Assembly (NCBI GenBank): GCA_963727495.1
Contig: CAVSGQ010000014.1
Span: forward strand, 351,051 to 415,050
Length of the DNA stretch: 64,000 nucleotides
From: an uncultured Actinomycetota bacterium
GTDB taxonomy: Bacteria; Actinomycetota; Actinomycetes; Mycobacteriales; Pseudonocardiaceae
Direction: 5' to 3'
Shown: in pieces, positions 1-10,394 of the stretch
Position numbering within the stretch: position 1 is the stretch's first letter
Layout: each line of letters begins with the position of its first letter
Notes under the pieces: generated by a model
The model's database searches: none
Told to the model about the DNA's origin: nothing
Seen by the model: the letters and a program-made list of their open reading frames with translations, nothing else
Position numbers and translations under genes: made by a program

Positions 1-217
1 ACGCCCAGCCCGTGCACGCCCTGCAGCGTCACCCCGCCGAACCGGTCCCGGTTGGCCACCGCCTCGGCCGCGCCGCACCGGCCCAGGTACGGCTGGACCC
101 GGCCGAGCGAGGACCGCGCGGCACGCACACGATCGGCCATGGTTCCTCCGACGCTCCGGACACCCCAACGGTAGACGAAACCCGCTGGTCGACGGCACAC
201 CTCGCGGGTGCCCGATC

Positions 218-1186
218 TCAGCCGGGCACGACGTCGATCACGACGTTGCCGACCTTCTGCCCGGTCTCGACGTAGCGGTAGGCGTCCACGATCCGGTCCA
301 GCGGGTAGTGCCGGTCGACGACCGGGCGGAACTCGCCGGACCCGATCAGCTTTCCGAGGCGGCGCACCATCTCCTGGTCGTGCCGGGGAAAGGGGAACGT
401 CACCCGCCGGCCGCGCAGCAGCGGCGTGACGAGCGGCAGCACCAGGTTCTGCGCCCCCGGCCCCAGCTCGGAGGACACGTACACCCCGCGCGGTCCCAGC
501 AGCCGCCGGCAGTGCCCGAACGTGCTCTTGCCGACCGCGTCGAACACCGCGTCGTAGGTCTGCTCGTCGTCGGCGAAGTCCCCGGCCGTGCGGTCGACGA
601 CCCGGTCCGCACCCAGCCCGCGCACGAGCTCCAGGTTCGCCGTGTCGCACACCGCGGTCACCGTGACGCCGATGCTCTTCAGCAGCTGGACCGCCGCCGA
701 CCCGATGGCGCCGGTCGCGCCGTACACGAGCACGTCCTGCCCGGCCCGCACGCGCGCGGTCCTGATGAACGCCAGCGCGTAGTGCGAGCCCTCGGTGCCG
801 GGCGCGGCGTCGGCGAAGTCCACACCGTCCGGCATCCTCGCGATCGAGCCGCTCTGGGGAACCGACAGGTACTCCGCGTGCGTGCCGAACGCACCCTCGT
901 TGTACCCGAAGACCCGGTCGCCGGCCGCGAACGCGGTGACGTCCGAGCCGACCGACTCCACCACGCCCGCGTACTCGGTGCCGAGTACCGTGCGCCGCGG
1001 CCGGGTCAGGCCGGTGATCGCCCGCACGACAAAGGGCCGGGCCGCTCGGTAGCCACAGTCGGTCCGGTTCACGGTCGTCGCGTGCACCTTGACGAGCACG
1101 TCGGTGTCCCCGACGCCGGGCTCGGCCACCTCGGTGACCTGGACCACATCCGGGGGGCCGTACCTCGTATGGACAGCTGCCTTCAT
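218..1186 (-). CDS. NAD(P)-dependent alcohol dehydrogenase / quinone oxidoreductase (MDR family)
   Basis: 322-aa ORF with GroES-like N-terminus (VLVKVHATTVNRTD, VLGTEYAGVV) and Rossmann motif VLVYGATGAIG. Confidence 0.9.
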   Translation of the reverse strand: MKAAVHTRYGPPDVVQVTEVAEPGVGDTDVLVKVHATTVNRTDCGYRAARPFVVRAITGLTRPRRTVLGTEYAGVVESVGSDVTAFAAGDRVFGYNEGAFGTHAEYLSVPQSGSIARMPDGVDFADAAPGTEGSHYALAFIRTARVRAGQDVLVYGATGAIGSAAVQLLKSIGVTVTAVCDTANLELVRGLGADRVVDRTAGDFADDEQTYDAVFDAVGKSTFGHCRRLLGPRGVYVSSELGPGAQNLVLPLVTPLLRGRRVTFPFPRHDQEMVRRLGKLIGSGEFRPVVDRHYPLDRIVDAYRYVETGQKVGNVVIDVVPG

Positions 1187-1334
1187 GCCGAGACCCTACC
1201 GGGTGGTCAGGTCATCACCTGATCGTCTGAACCGAGGTTGGCGGCGGTATCCCCGGCACCGGACCGGATCTCCTTCTGGGGTGGGGAAAGCCGGCCACCG
1301 CGGCCGGACATCTTCGAGTAAGGGGGACTATCCG

Positions 1335-1985
1335 ATGAATACCAAGGGACTGGTTGCTCGCGCGGTCGTGCTGGCCGTGAGTGCGGGCGTGTTCGCCTCC
1401 GTGGTCCCGGCGCAGGCCGCCGAGCCGGGTGCGGACGTGCCGCACGGGCGGGCGGTCCGGCAGGCGCCGGCGCGGGACCTCGGCGAGGCCGTGCGGCTGG
1501 TCGCGCCGCACGTGACCCGCGACGAGGACGGCACGTTCGTGGTGCACGCCTCCCCGGCGCTGGCGGCCGAGGTCGGCGCGCACCGGCTCGCGTCGATCGA
1601 GGCCTCGGTGCGGCGGGTCAACGCCATGATCACGAGTGGTGAGCTGGTGTCGGACACCGGCCTGGGGGTGCGCCTCGCCGACGGCGGCGCGTCGTTGCGG
1701 GGTGGTGTCAACAAGCTCAGCTTCCACTGGTGGGGCATCGAGCTGGACCTGAGCTCCTACTGGACGAACAAGCTCATCGGCGCGCTCAACGCGGGCGCGG
1801 GCGCGTCCGCCATCGCCGGTGTGCTGGCGGCGGCCGGGGTCATCTCCTCCGCGGCGGCCATCCCGGCCGGGGTGGCCTCCGGGATCCTGGTGATCGGCGC
1901 CGGGGTGATCCAGGTCTGCTCGAACTCGAACGGGGTCTCGCTGTACCTGACCTACACCGGCCTGCCGTGGTGCGGCGGGCAGTAG
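1335..1985 (+). CDS. Secreted hypothetical protein with hydrophobic Gly/Ala-rich C-terminal domain (bacteriocin-like)
   Basis: ATG at 1335 after an AAGGGGG RBS; signal peptide ending AQA; C-terminus has HWWG, a long hydrophobic stretch and two Cys. Confidence 0.65.
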   Translation: MNTKGLVARAVVLAVSAGVFASVVPAQAAEPGADVPHGRAVRQAPARDLGEAVRLVAPHVTRDEDGTFVVHASPALAAEVGAHRLASIEASVRRVNAMITSGELVSDTGLGVRLADGGASLRGGVNKLSFHWWGIELDLSSYWTNKLIGALNAGAGASAIAGVLAAAGVISSAAAIPAGVASGILVIGAGVIQVCSNSNGVSLYLTYTGLPWCGGQ

Positions 1986-2005
1986 GCCGTCCGGCGGGGA
2001 CGGCC
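1985..2005. terminator. GC hairpin between convergent genes
   Basis: GGCCGTCC-N5-GGACGGCC inverted repeat immediately after the stop at 1985. Confidence 0.35.
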
Positions 2006-2049
2006 GCGGGTCTCACCGGACGCTCCGGTGGGGCCCGCGGCCGGCGCCG

Positions 2050-2988
2050 TCACGGCAGCGGCGGGACCGCACCGTCGGCCGCGAGCCACTCCAGCGACTC
2101 GCGGATCGCCTCCAGCGAGCTGTAGCGCGGGCGGTAGTCCAGCAGGCGGGCGGCCTTCGCGATGCCGGCGTTGGGGCTGTGCGCGATGTGGTCCCAGGTC
2201 AGGTCGGCCCACTCCGGCGAGGTCGTGCGCCACTGCTCCCAGGGCTCGAACCGCAGCACCGCCTCGCGGCCGTACCAGGCGGCCACCGCCTCCGCGTAGC
2301 CGCGCAGGGTGAGCGCGGCCGGGGAGACGACGTGGAAGCTCTCCCCCAGCGACACGCTCCGGTTCGCCATCGCGGCGGTGAAGGACTGGGCCACGTCGTC
2401 GGCGTGCACGTGGTGCAGGGTCTCCATGCCCAGGTTGGGCAGCACCACCTCGGCGCCGGAGGCCAGCGCGTCGAAGACCTTCAGGTCCAGGTGGCCCGCC
2501 GGGTTGATCGGCCGCCAGCCCGGCCCGACGATGTGGCCCGGGTGCAGCACGGTCGCGGGGAAGCCGGTGCGCCGCGCCTCGGCGAGCAGCCAGCGCTCGA
2601 TCTCCGCCTTGGTGATCCCGTACTCGCCGAACGGGTGCCGTGGCGCGTCCTCGGTGGTGGGCACGACCGCCGACGGGCCGTGCACCCAGATCGTCCCGCA
2701 GTGCAGGAAGTGCTCGACCCGGCCGCGCAGCGCCTCGACCAGGTCCCGGGCGCTCGCCAGGTCGAAGCAGATCAGGTCGATCACCACGTCCGGCTCCAGG
2801 TCGCGGACCAGCGCGGGGAAGCCCGCGTCCGCGCGGTCCGCGACGACCGTGTCGACCGGCCCGATCGGCCGGTACGGCGTCGCCCGCCCCCTCGTCACCA
2901 CCGTGACCTGGTGCCCGGCCGCCGCCAGGCGCGGCACCAGGTAGCCGCCGATGTGTCCGGTACCGCCCACCACCACCACACGAGACAT
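2050..2988 (-). CDS. NAD-dependent epimerase/dehydratase (extended SDR)
   Basis: N-terminal GGTGHIG and catalytic YGITK (YxxxK). Confidence 0.9.
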   Translation of the reverse strand: MSRVVVVGGTGHIGGYLVPRLAAAGHQVTVVTRGRATPYRPIGPVDTVVADRADAGFPALVRDLEPDVVIDLICFDLASARDLVEALRGRVEHFLHCGTIWVHGPSAVVPTTEDAPRHPFGEYGITKAEIERWLLAEARRTGFPATVLHPGHIVGPGWRPINPAGHLDLKVFDALASGAEVVLPNLGMETLHHVHADDVAQSFTAAMANRSVSLGESFHVVSPAALTLRGYAEAVAAWYGREAVLRFEPWEQWRTTSPEWADLTWDHIAHSPNAGIAKAARLLDYRPRYSSLEAIRESLEWLAADGAVPPLP

Positions 2989-3014
2989 GCCGTGATCCTA
3001 CGAGCGGCCGCCGC

Positions 3015-3443
3015 TCAGTCGTGCGGCCGCATGATGCGGTGCGTGGAGAAGTCCTCCTCGTCGTAGCCCACGTCGTCGGCCCGGGGGCGCCGCGGCCACT
3101 CCGTCGACGGCGCCGCCGGCCGGGTGACCACCTCGAGCGCGGCCATGACCACCGGGTCGGCCGTGACCGCCGGGTCGGCGAGGGCCTCCTCCCGGGTGCG
3201 CCGGCCGGTCTCGACGTCCTCGATCGCCGCGCGCAGCACGGCCGGTGCGTCCGGTCCGGCCGCATAGGCCTTCAGCGCCCCGATCCCGTTGTCGCCCTCC
3301 GACCTCTCCTCGTCCGCCTCGGCCAGGCGGCGATCGGCGTCGGCGATCGCCCGGCCGGCCCTGTCGATGGCGTCGTGGAGGCCGTTCTCCGCGCGGATCA
3401 TCTCCGTGCTCTTCCAGTCCTCCGCGGAGATCCGAACGTCCAC
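3015..3443 (-). CDS. Hypothetical protein, co-transcribed partner of the WXG100-like gene
   Basis: 142-aa helical ORF starting 7 bp after the upstream stop; acidic tail DDVGYDEEDFSTHRIMR resembles small actinobacterial T7SS-linked proteins. Confidence 0.6.
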   Translation of the reverse strand: MDVRISAEDWKSTEMIRAENGLHDAIDRAGRAIADADRRLAEADEERSEGDNGIGALKAYAAGPDAPAVLRAAIEDVETGRRTREEALADPAVTADPVVMAALEVVTRPAAPSTEWPRRPRADDVGYDEEDFSTHRIMRPHD

Positions 3444-3449
3444 AGTGCA

Positions 3450-4698
3450 CTACCCGTTTTCCGAGACGGCCTTGTTGATGTTCTTGTCCAGGCCGGTGAG
3501 CTGCTTGTCGTACTCCTTGCTGGACTTCTCGTACTCCTTCTGCGCCTCGCTCATCGCCTTGTTGCCGGACCGGAACCCGTCCGCCACGTCGATCGCCTTG
3601 TGCGTCGAGTCGACGTCCGGGATCTGCCGGGCGGCGTTCATCACCTGCTTGAAGCCCTCGAAGTACTTCTGGATGGCCCCCACCATCTGCTGGATCGCCT
3701 CGTGCAGGTGCAGCACGCCGCTGGATGATGTTCTTGATCTCGATGACGTCGCCCCAGAACGGGATGTCCCTGCCCTCGAGCTTGAACCCGTGGTCGATCC
3801 ACCGGTAGGTGACGTTGAAGGCCTGCCGGGCGAACCCCCACGAGGTGAGGTACTTCATGGCCAGGTCGGTGATCTTCTTGAGGATCTTGTCCAGCAGCTC
3901 GGCGCACTTGTCCGCGGCCTTGATCGACTCCTTGGCGAGCGCCTCGAAGCCCTTCGCCATCCAGTTGCAGCTCTCCCGGGCGATGAGCAGCACGGGCGTC
4001 CACGCGAAGTCGACGTAGTTGCCGAACGCGTCCGCGGCCGCGCCCTGCGACCAGTGGTCCGAGGTGAGCTTCTTCGCGTTGGCGCTGAAGTTCGCCGAGG
4101 TGCTCCAGTACATCGACCCGGCGTGCTTCCAGGCCGCGCCGTTCGCGTTGATGCGGTTGAAGTCGCCCGTCAGCGGCAGGATCAGCTCGTCGTAGAGACC
4201 CTTTCCGTTGCGGCTGATGAAGTTCTCGTAGAACCAGTTGATGGCGTCGGTTCCCCAGTGGGTGCCCTCCATCACCTCGCTGAGCTTCTTGTGCTCCACC
4301 ACCGGTGGCTGCTGAACGACCGACTCGACGTCGGTGAAGTGTCCTTTCGGCCGGTACCTGGCGAAGGTTCCGGTCAACCCCTCGATGGACGACGACGTCA
4401 GGTTCTTCAGGTTCCGGGTGTTGTTCTCCTCGACGTTCGCGTACTGGTTGGCCGTGGCGAACAGTCCCCGGTAGGTCCCCTGCAGCTTCTGGTTCATCAG
4501 CGCGCCGGTCTGGCCGGCCAGGTTCGACAGCTGGTCCATGGCGGGCTGCAGCGGGTAGAGCAGCCCGGTGAAGCCGCTCTTGACGCACCCGTACTCACGC
4601 GCCTGGTTGGTCGACTCGTCGATGCTGATGCCGATGTTCAGGCGCAGGTAGTCGCCCAGCTCGCCGATGTACGGCGCGTCCGCCTCGATGTCCGACAT
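3450..4698 (-). CDS. Type VII secretion substrate-like protein (WXG100/EspC-like helical domains), one-base frameshift near 3718
   Basis: ATG 4698 with GGGAGG RBS; HWSQGAAADAF matches the WxG-AA-AF pattern. The span is 1249 bp (3n+1); removing one C in ATCATCCAGCGGC joins the two ORF halves (IISGVLHLHEAIQQ...). Confidence 0.65.
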
Positions 4699-4775
4699 CA
4701 GGTGCCTCCCCCGTTCTCGTGCCGCCACCCGCTATGACGAACGGTGGCAGGCGGGGTTCCCCGCCCGCGACCCCG

Positions 4776-4801
4776 TGCACGGCACTGCACGCAATTGCAC
4801 G
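4776..4801. promoter_or_regulatory. Triple TGCACG direct repeat with 10-bp period in a divergent intergenic region
   Basis: TGCACG at 4776, 4786 and 4796, plus one at 4851, between the T7SS-like cassette and the NB-ARC regulator. Confidence 0.45.
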
Positions 4802-4907
4802 GCCGCCCGCCCCTGTCCGGCGCGTTTCCGCACCGTCGCGAGTGCGGTCCTGCACGCCGCGGAACGCGCCCCCGATAGGTTGGGTGCGTCCGGAAGGAGC
4901 AGTGGCG

Positions 4908-7290
4908 ATGAACGCCGAGGGGCCGCCCGATCCCGCTACGGCCACGGACCCCGCCGGGTTCGTGGCGGTGCTCGAACCAGCTGCGGTTGTGGGCCGGGCA
5001 GCCGTCGCTGCGGCGGCTGGAGCGGCTCGGCGGTGACACGCGCGCCGCGGACGGGCGGCCGGTCAAGGCGCTGCCGGCCAGCACCACCTCGTACGTGCTG
5101 AGCGGCAAGGGCGGCACCCGGCTGCCGCGGATGATCTTCGTCGAGCGGTACGTCGCGAGCTGCCTGGCCGCGTGCGGCGAGCCGGTGCCGCGCGGCAGCC
5201 GCTACCTGCGGCGGTGGCTGGACGCCTGGCGCGCGCTGGCCGCGCCCGGGTCGACTCCCGACGTGGCGCCGACCGACGTGGCGGCGGCGGGCGAGGAGGA
5301 GGCGCTGCGCCAGCTGCCGATGGACATCGCCGAGTTCATCGGCCGCACCGCCGAGCTCGACCGGCTCCACGCGATGGCCACGACGGCGGCGGCCGGCACG
5401 GGGGCGCCGACCGTGGTGGCCATCGAGGGGATGGCCGGCGTCGGCAAGACCCGGCTCGCGGTGCGGGCCGCACACCAGCTCGTCGACCGCGGGCTGTTCG
5501 CCGACCTCCAGCTGTGGGCGGACCTGCACGGCTTCGACCCGGCCCGGCCGGCCGCCGACCCGGCCGCCGTGCTGGACACCTTCCTGCGCCTGCTCGGGGT
5601 GCCGGCCGAGCGGATCCCGCCCGACGCCGAGGGGCGCGCGGCGCTCTACCGCGACCGCCTCGCCGGGCGCGAGGCCGTGGTGCTGCTGGACAACGTCGCC
5701 GGGGCGGAGCAGGTCCGCCCGCTGTTGCCCGCCACCGCCGGCTGCCTGGTCCTGATGACCTCCCGGCGCAGCCTCGCCGCGGCCGACGGCGTCGAGACAC
5801 TGCGGCTGGAGGTGCTCACCCGGGACGAGGCCGTCGCGCTGCTCACCCGCGTCGCCGGCCCGGACCGGTTCCGCGACGATCCCGGGTCCGCCGCCCGGCT
5901 GGCCGAGCTGTGCGGCCACCTGCCTATCGCGCTCGGCGTCGCCGCCCGGCGGCTGCGCTCGCGTCCCGCGTGGACTCCCGCGCACCTCGTGGCCCGGCTG
6001 GACCGGATCGCGGTGCGCGGCGAACGGGTGCACGCGAGCTTCGCACTGTCCTACCGCGAGCTCGGCCCGGCCGCGCGGCGGATGTTCCGGCTGCTCGGCC
6101 TGCATCCGGGCGCGGACGCCACCGCCGGATCCGCGGCGGCGCTGGCGGGCGTCGCGGCCGACGAGGCCGAGGCGCTGCTCGACGTGCTGCTCGACGAGCA
6201 CCTCCTGCAGGAGACCACGCCGGACCGGTACCACCTCCACGACCTGCTGCGCGAGTACGCGATCGGGCGTGCCCACGCCGAGGAGCCGCCGCAGGAGCTG
6301 CGGGCGGCGGTGCACCGGACGCTGACCTGGTACCTGCACGCCGCGGACGCGGCCGTGCAGCTGCTCGCGCCCCACCGCAGGCGGAAGTTCCCCCTCGAGC
6401 CCGCGGCCCACCCGCCGCCGGCCCTCGGCGGCCACGAGCAGGCCCTCGCGTGGTGCGAGGCCGAGCACGCCACCCTCGTCGCGGCCGTGCACCTGGCGGC
6501 CGAGCACGGCATGCACGCGGTGGCCTGGCAGCTGCCGGCGGTGCTGCTGCACTACTTCTACCTGCGCAGCCACTGGGACGACTGGATCGGCACGCACACC
6601 GCCGGGCTCGCGGCCGCGCGAGCGCTGGGCGACCCGTACGGCCGCGCGCAGATCCTCAACGGTCTCGGCGTCGCGCACAGCGACCGGCGCCGGTTCCCCG
6701 AGGCCGTCGACTGCTACCGGCAGGCGCTGGACCTGTTCACCACCGTGGGCGACACGCACGGCCAGGCGTGGACCCGGAACAACCTCGGGGTGGCCCAGGT
6801 GGACCTCGGCCGGCTCACCGACGCCGTCGAGCAGTTCACCGGCGCGCTCGCCCTGCACCGCGCGAACGCCGAACCCGCGGGCGAGGCCATCTGCCTGAAC
6901 AACCTCGGCGACGCCCACCGCCGGCTCGGCGACCCGGAGCGGGCGGCGGGGTACCTGCGCGAGGCACTGGCCATCCAGGAGCGCACCGGCGACCGGTCCG
7001 GCCGCCGCTTCACCCTGCACACCCTGGCCGATCTGCACCGGGACCGGCACGACCACGAGCAGGCCGTCCGGTACTACGAGCGGACCGTGACGCTCAGCCG
7101 CGAGCTGGGCGACCAGTGGGGCGTGGCCCGCGCGCTCGACCACCTGGCGTCCACATTGGACGAGATGGGCCGGACCGGCGCCGCCCGGGACTGCCGGCGC
7201 GAGGCCCTGGACGTGCTCGTCGCGCTCGGGCGGCCCGAGGCCGAGGAGATCCGGGCACGGCTCACCACGCGGGCCGGGCCGGTCAGGTGA
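4908..7290 (+). CDS. XRE-like HTH / NB-ARC (STAND) / TPR regulator, one-base frameshift near 4973
   Basis: ATG 4908 with AAGGAG RBS; LRLWAGQPSLRRL HTH motif; Walker A GMAGVGKT; Walker B VVLLDN; YHLHDLLREYA; TPRs (NNLG repeats). The span is 3n+1. Confidence 0.85.
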
Positions 7291-8020
7291 TGTCGCGGCG
7301 CACGGTCGTGGTCAGCGCGACGAGCACGAGCACCGCGGTGTACCCGGCGAGCACGGCGGCGCCGCCCCACTGCGGCAGCAGGGCCGCGACCTTCGACGGC
7401 ATCAGGTCGACCGCCATCCCGGCCCGGTTGGGCAGCCAGCGGCCGAGGTCGCCGAGCAGGTTGGCCACCGTGGTCTCCACCAGCGCGATCCACACCAGGG
7501 CGACCGCGACCGCGCCGGTGAGGTTGCGGATCAGCGCGCCGAGGCTGACACCGATGGCCGCGTACGCGGCGTTGATCACCACGATCCCCGCGACGACGCG
7601 CCCCGCCTGCGCGCCGGCCAGATCGAGGGTGCCCTCGCGCACGGCCGTCCAGATGGCCGTGGTGGCCAGGCCCGTGACCGCGCTGAGGGCGCCGAGCCCG
7701 GCGCCGACCGCGGCGTAGGTGGCGAGCTTGGCGCCGATCACCCACCCGCGACCGGGGGTGGCCAGGTAGGTGTCGGTGATGCTGCGGTGCCGGTACTCCC
7801 CCGCGACCGCGGTGATGCCGAGGATCAGGCTGACCAGCGCCGAGGCGATGCCCGCGTGCGAGAGCAGCGTCCGCACGCCGTCGGCGGTGTCCAGGTCCGC
7901 GCCGGCGACGGCCAGGCCGGAGACACCGGCGACGATGACCGCCTGCTGGACGGCCACCATCAGCCACGGGCTGCGGATGGTGCGCAGCTTGGTCCATTCG
8001 TTGGTGATCAGGATGGTCAC
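7283..8020 (-). CDS. ABC-2 type transporter permease
   Basis: EWTKLRTIRS N-terminus, six hydrophobic segments, C-terminal RRDIT. Confidence 0.9.
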   Translation of the reverse strand: MTILITNEWTKLRTIRSPWLMVAVQQAVIVAGVSGLAVAGADLDTADGVRTLLSHAGIASALVSLILGITAVAGEYRHRSITDTYLATPGRGWVIGAKLATYAAVGAGLGALSAVTGLATTAIWTAVREGTLDLAGAQAGRVVAGIVVINAAYAAIGVSLGALIRNLTGAVAVALVWIALVETTVANLLGDLGRWLPNRAGMAVDLMPSKVAALLPQWGGAAVLAGYTAVLVLVALTTTVRRDIT

Positions 8021-8030
8021 CGGTCCTCCT

Positions 8031-8966
8031 TCAGCGGGCGCCGGCCGGGGCGGCGGGGTCGGAGCGGGTCAGGTCGAGGAACGTCTCCTCCAGCGACGCG
8101 CCGGTCTCGGACAGGGCCGCGAGCGCGATCCGCTCGTCGGCGGCCAGCCGGCCGACCTCCGCCGCGCCGGCGCCGCGGACCCGCAGCGTGGTGTCGCCGG
8201 TGACCGAGGCGTCCAGGCCGTGGCCGGCCAGCACCTCGCACAGCCGCCGCGCCGCACCGGGGTCGCCGGTGCGGACCGAGACCAGCCCCTCGCCCAGCTC
8301 GGCGAGCGGGCCCGCGAACCGCAGGCGCCCGCGGTCGACGATCACGACGTGCTCGGCGACCTGCGCGATCTCGCTGAGCACGTGGCTGGAGATCAGCACG
8401 GTGCGCCCGTCGGCGGCGAGGCCGCGCAGCAGGTCGCGCAGCCACGCCATGCCCTCGGGGTCGAGGCCGTTGGCCGGCTCGTCGAGGACGAGCACCCGCG
8501 GGTCGCCAAGCAGGGCGGCGGCGAGGCTGAGCCGCTGGCGCATGCCCAGCGAGTAGCCGCCCACCCGGCGGTCCGCGTCACCGGTGAGGCGCACCTGGTC
8601 GAGCACCTCGTCCACGCGCGAGCGGGGCACGCCGGCGACGGCGGCCTGGACGGCGAGGTGATCGCGGCCGCGGCGTCCGGGGTGGAAGCCGGTCGCCTCC
8701 AGGACCGCGCCGACGGTGCGCCGCGGCTCGGGCAGGTCGGCGTAGCGCCGGCCGCCGATCAGCGCCTCGCCGGCGGTGGGGCGCACCAGGCCCAGCAGCG
8801 TGCGCAGGGTCGTGGTCTTGCCGGCGCCGTTCGGGCCGAGGAAGCCGGTCACCCGGCCGGGCGGCACGTCGAAGGTCAGGTCCTCGACGGCGGTCACCTG
8901 CCCGAACCTCTTCGTGAGCCCCCGGACCGCCACCGAGGGGGTGGCCGCGGGCATCGCCGTGGGCAT
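8031..8966 (-). CDS. ABC transporter ATP-binding protein
   Basis: Own RBS (GAAGGAGA) and ATG at 8966; Walker A GPNGAGKTT, signature YSLGM, Walker B LVLDEP. Confidence 0.92.
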   Translation of the reverse strand: MPTAMPAATPSVAVRGLTKRFGQVTAVEDLTFDVPPGRVTGFLGPNGAGKTTTLRTLLGLVRPTAGEALIGGRRYADLPEPRRTVGAVLEATGFHPGRRGRDHLAVQAAVAGVPRSRVDEVLDQVRLTGDADRRVGGYSLGMRQRLSLAAALLGDPRVLVLDEPANGLDPEGMAWLRDLLRGLAADGRTVLISSHVLSEIAQVAEHVVIVDRGRLRFAGPLAELGEGLVSVRTGDPGAARRLCEVLAGHGLDASVTGDTTLRVRGAGAAEVGRLAADERIALAALSETGASLEETFLDLTRSDPAAPAGAR

Positions 8967-10394
8967 GGCGTTTCTCCTTCCGGTCGTGCTGGTAGCGGGT
9001 GGCGCCGGCTCGCCGGCCGGCAGCGTGACGCGCACGCGCAGCCCGCCGGGCGCGGTCGCGCCGACCCGGCCGCCGTGCGCGGCGACGATCTCGGCGACGA
9101 TGGCGAGGCCCAGCCCCGACCCCGCGCCGGTGCTGTGGCCGTCGACCCGGTAGAACCGGTCGAACAGCTGGGGCAGGGCGTGCCGCGGCACGCCGGGTCC
9201 GTCGTCGCCGACCTCGACGACCACGTCACCGGTGTCGCGGTCCCGGCGGGCGGTGAGGGTGGCGGTGGTGCCGGGCGGCGTGTGGGCGCAGACGTTGGCG
9301 AGCAGGTTGTCCAGCACGCGGCGCACCAGGTCGGGGTCGCCGTGCACGGCCAGGCCCGGTTCGACCTCGCCGGCCCAGGTGCGGGCCGGGTCGGTGGCCC
9401 GCGCGTCCTGGAGGCCCTCGGCGAGCAGAGCGCTCAGGTCCACGGTGCCGTTGCGGTCCGGCGGCCCCTGGTCGAGCCGGGCCAGCCGGAGCATGTCGTC
9501 GACGAGGGTGCTCATCCGCTGCGCGCTGACCCGGATGCGGCGCATCGCCTCGTCCACCTGCGCACGGGTGTCCAGCGCACCCTGCTCGTAGAGCTCGGCG
9601 TTGGCGCGCAGCGAGGTCAGCGGGGTGCGCAGCTCGTGGCTGGCGTCGGCGAAGAACCGGCGCATCCGCTCCTGGCCGGCCTGCTGCTCGCGCACCGACG
9701 AGTCGATGCGGGCCAGCATCCGGTTCAGCGCCCGGCCGAGCCGCCCGACCTCGGTGCCGGAGGTCTGCGGGGCGACCGGCCGGGTGAGGTCGCCCGCGGT
9801 GATCCGGTCCGCCTGCTCGGCCATCGCCTCCAGCGGCCGCAGGCCCCGGCGCAGCACCGCCCGTCCCCCCGCGGCCAGCACGAGCAGCGCGAGGATCGTG
9901 GCGACGGCGAGGATGAGCTGCAGCTTGTGCAGCGCGTCGGTGACCGAGCGCAGGTTGACGGCGGCCACCAGGATCCCCGTGCCGACGTCCACCGCGCGCA
10001 GCCGGAACGAGTCGACGCCACCGGTGCCGGGCACGGTGCGGATGTTCCCGGACCGGGCGAGCGCGGCCACGTCGTCCGGCAGCCGCGGGACCACGTCCGG
10101 CGGGGCGCCCAGCGCGGCGACCTTCCCGTCCGGGGTGACGAGCACCAGGTAGTAGTCGTTGGGCAGCACCCCCGGGAGCACCGGCGACGGCCCGGCGGCG
10201 CCGGCGGCCAGCTCGGGGCCGCGCCCCGCGTGCGTCGCCGCGACCTGGTCGAGGATCCCGTCGATGCGCCGGGTCTGCGACTCCCGCAGCGCGGTCACCG
10301 TCGCGAGGTCGAACGCGACGATCACCGCGGCGGCGACCAGGAGCAGGGCCAGCAGCAGGCGCGCCCGCAGGGTGACCGGCCGGCGGAGCCTCAC
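8967..10394 (-). CDS. HAMP-domain sensor histidine kinase (no stop codon; reads in frame into the ABC ATPase)
   Basis: GTG at 10394 overlaps the regulator stop (GTGA); two TM segments, HAMP, H-box DASHELRTPL, N-box NLLANV, G boxes DDGPG and GSGLGL. Confidence 0.88.
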
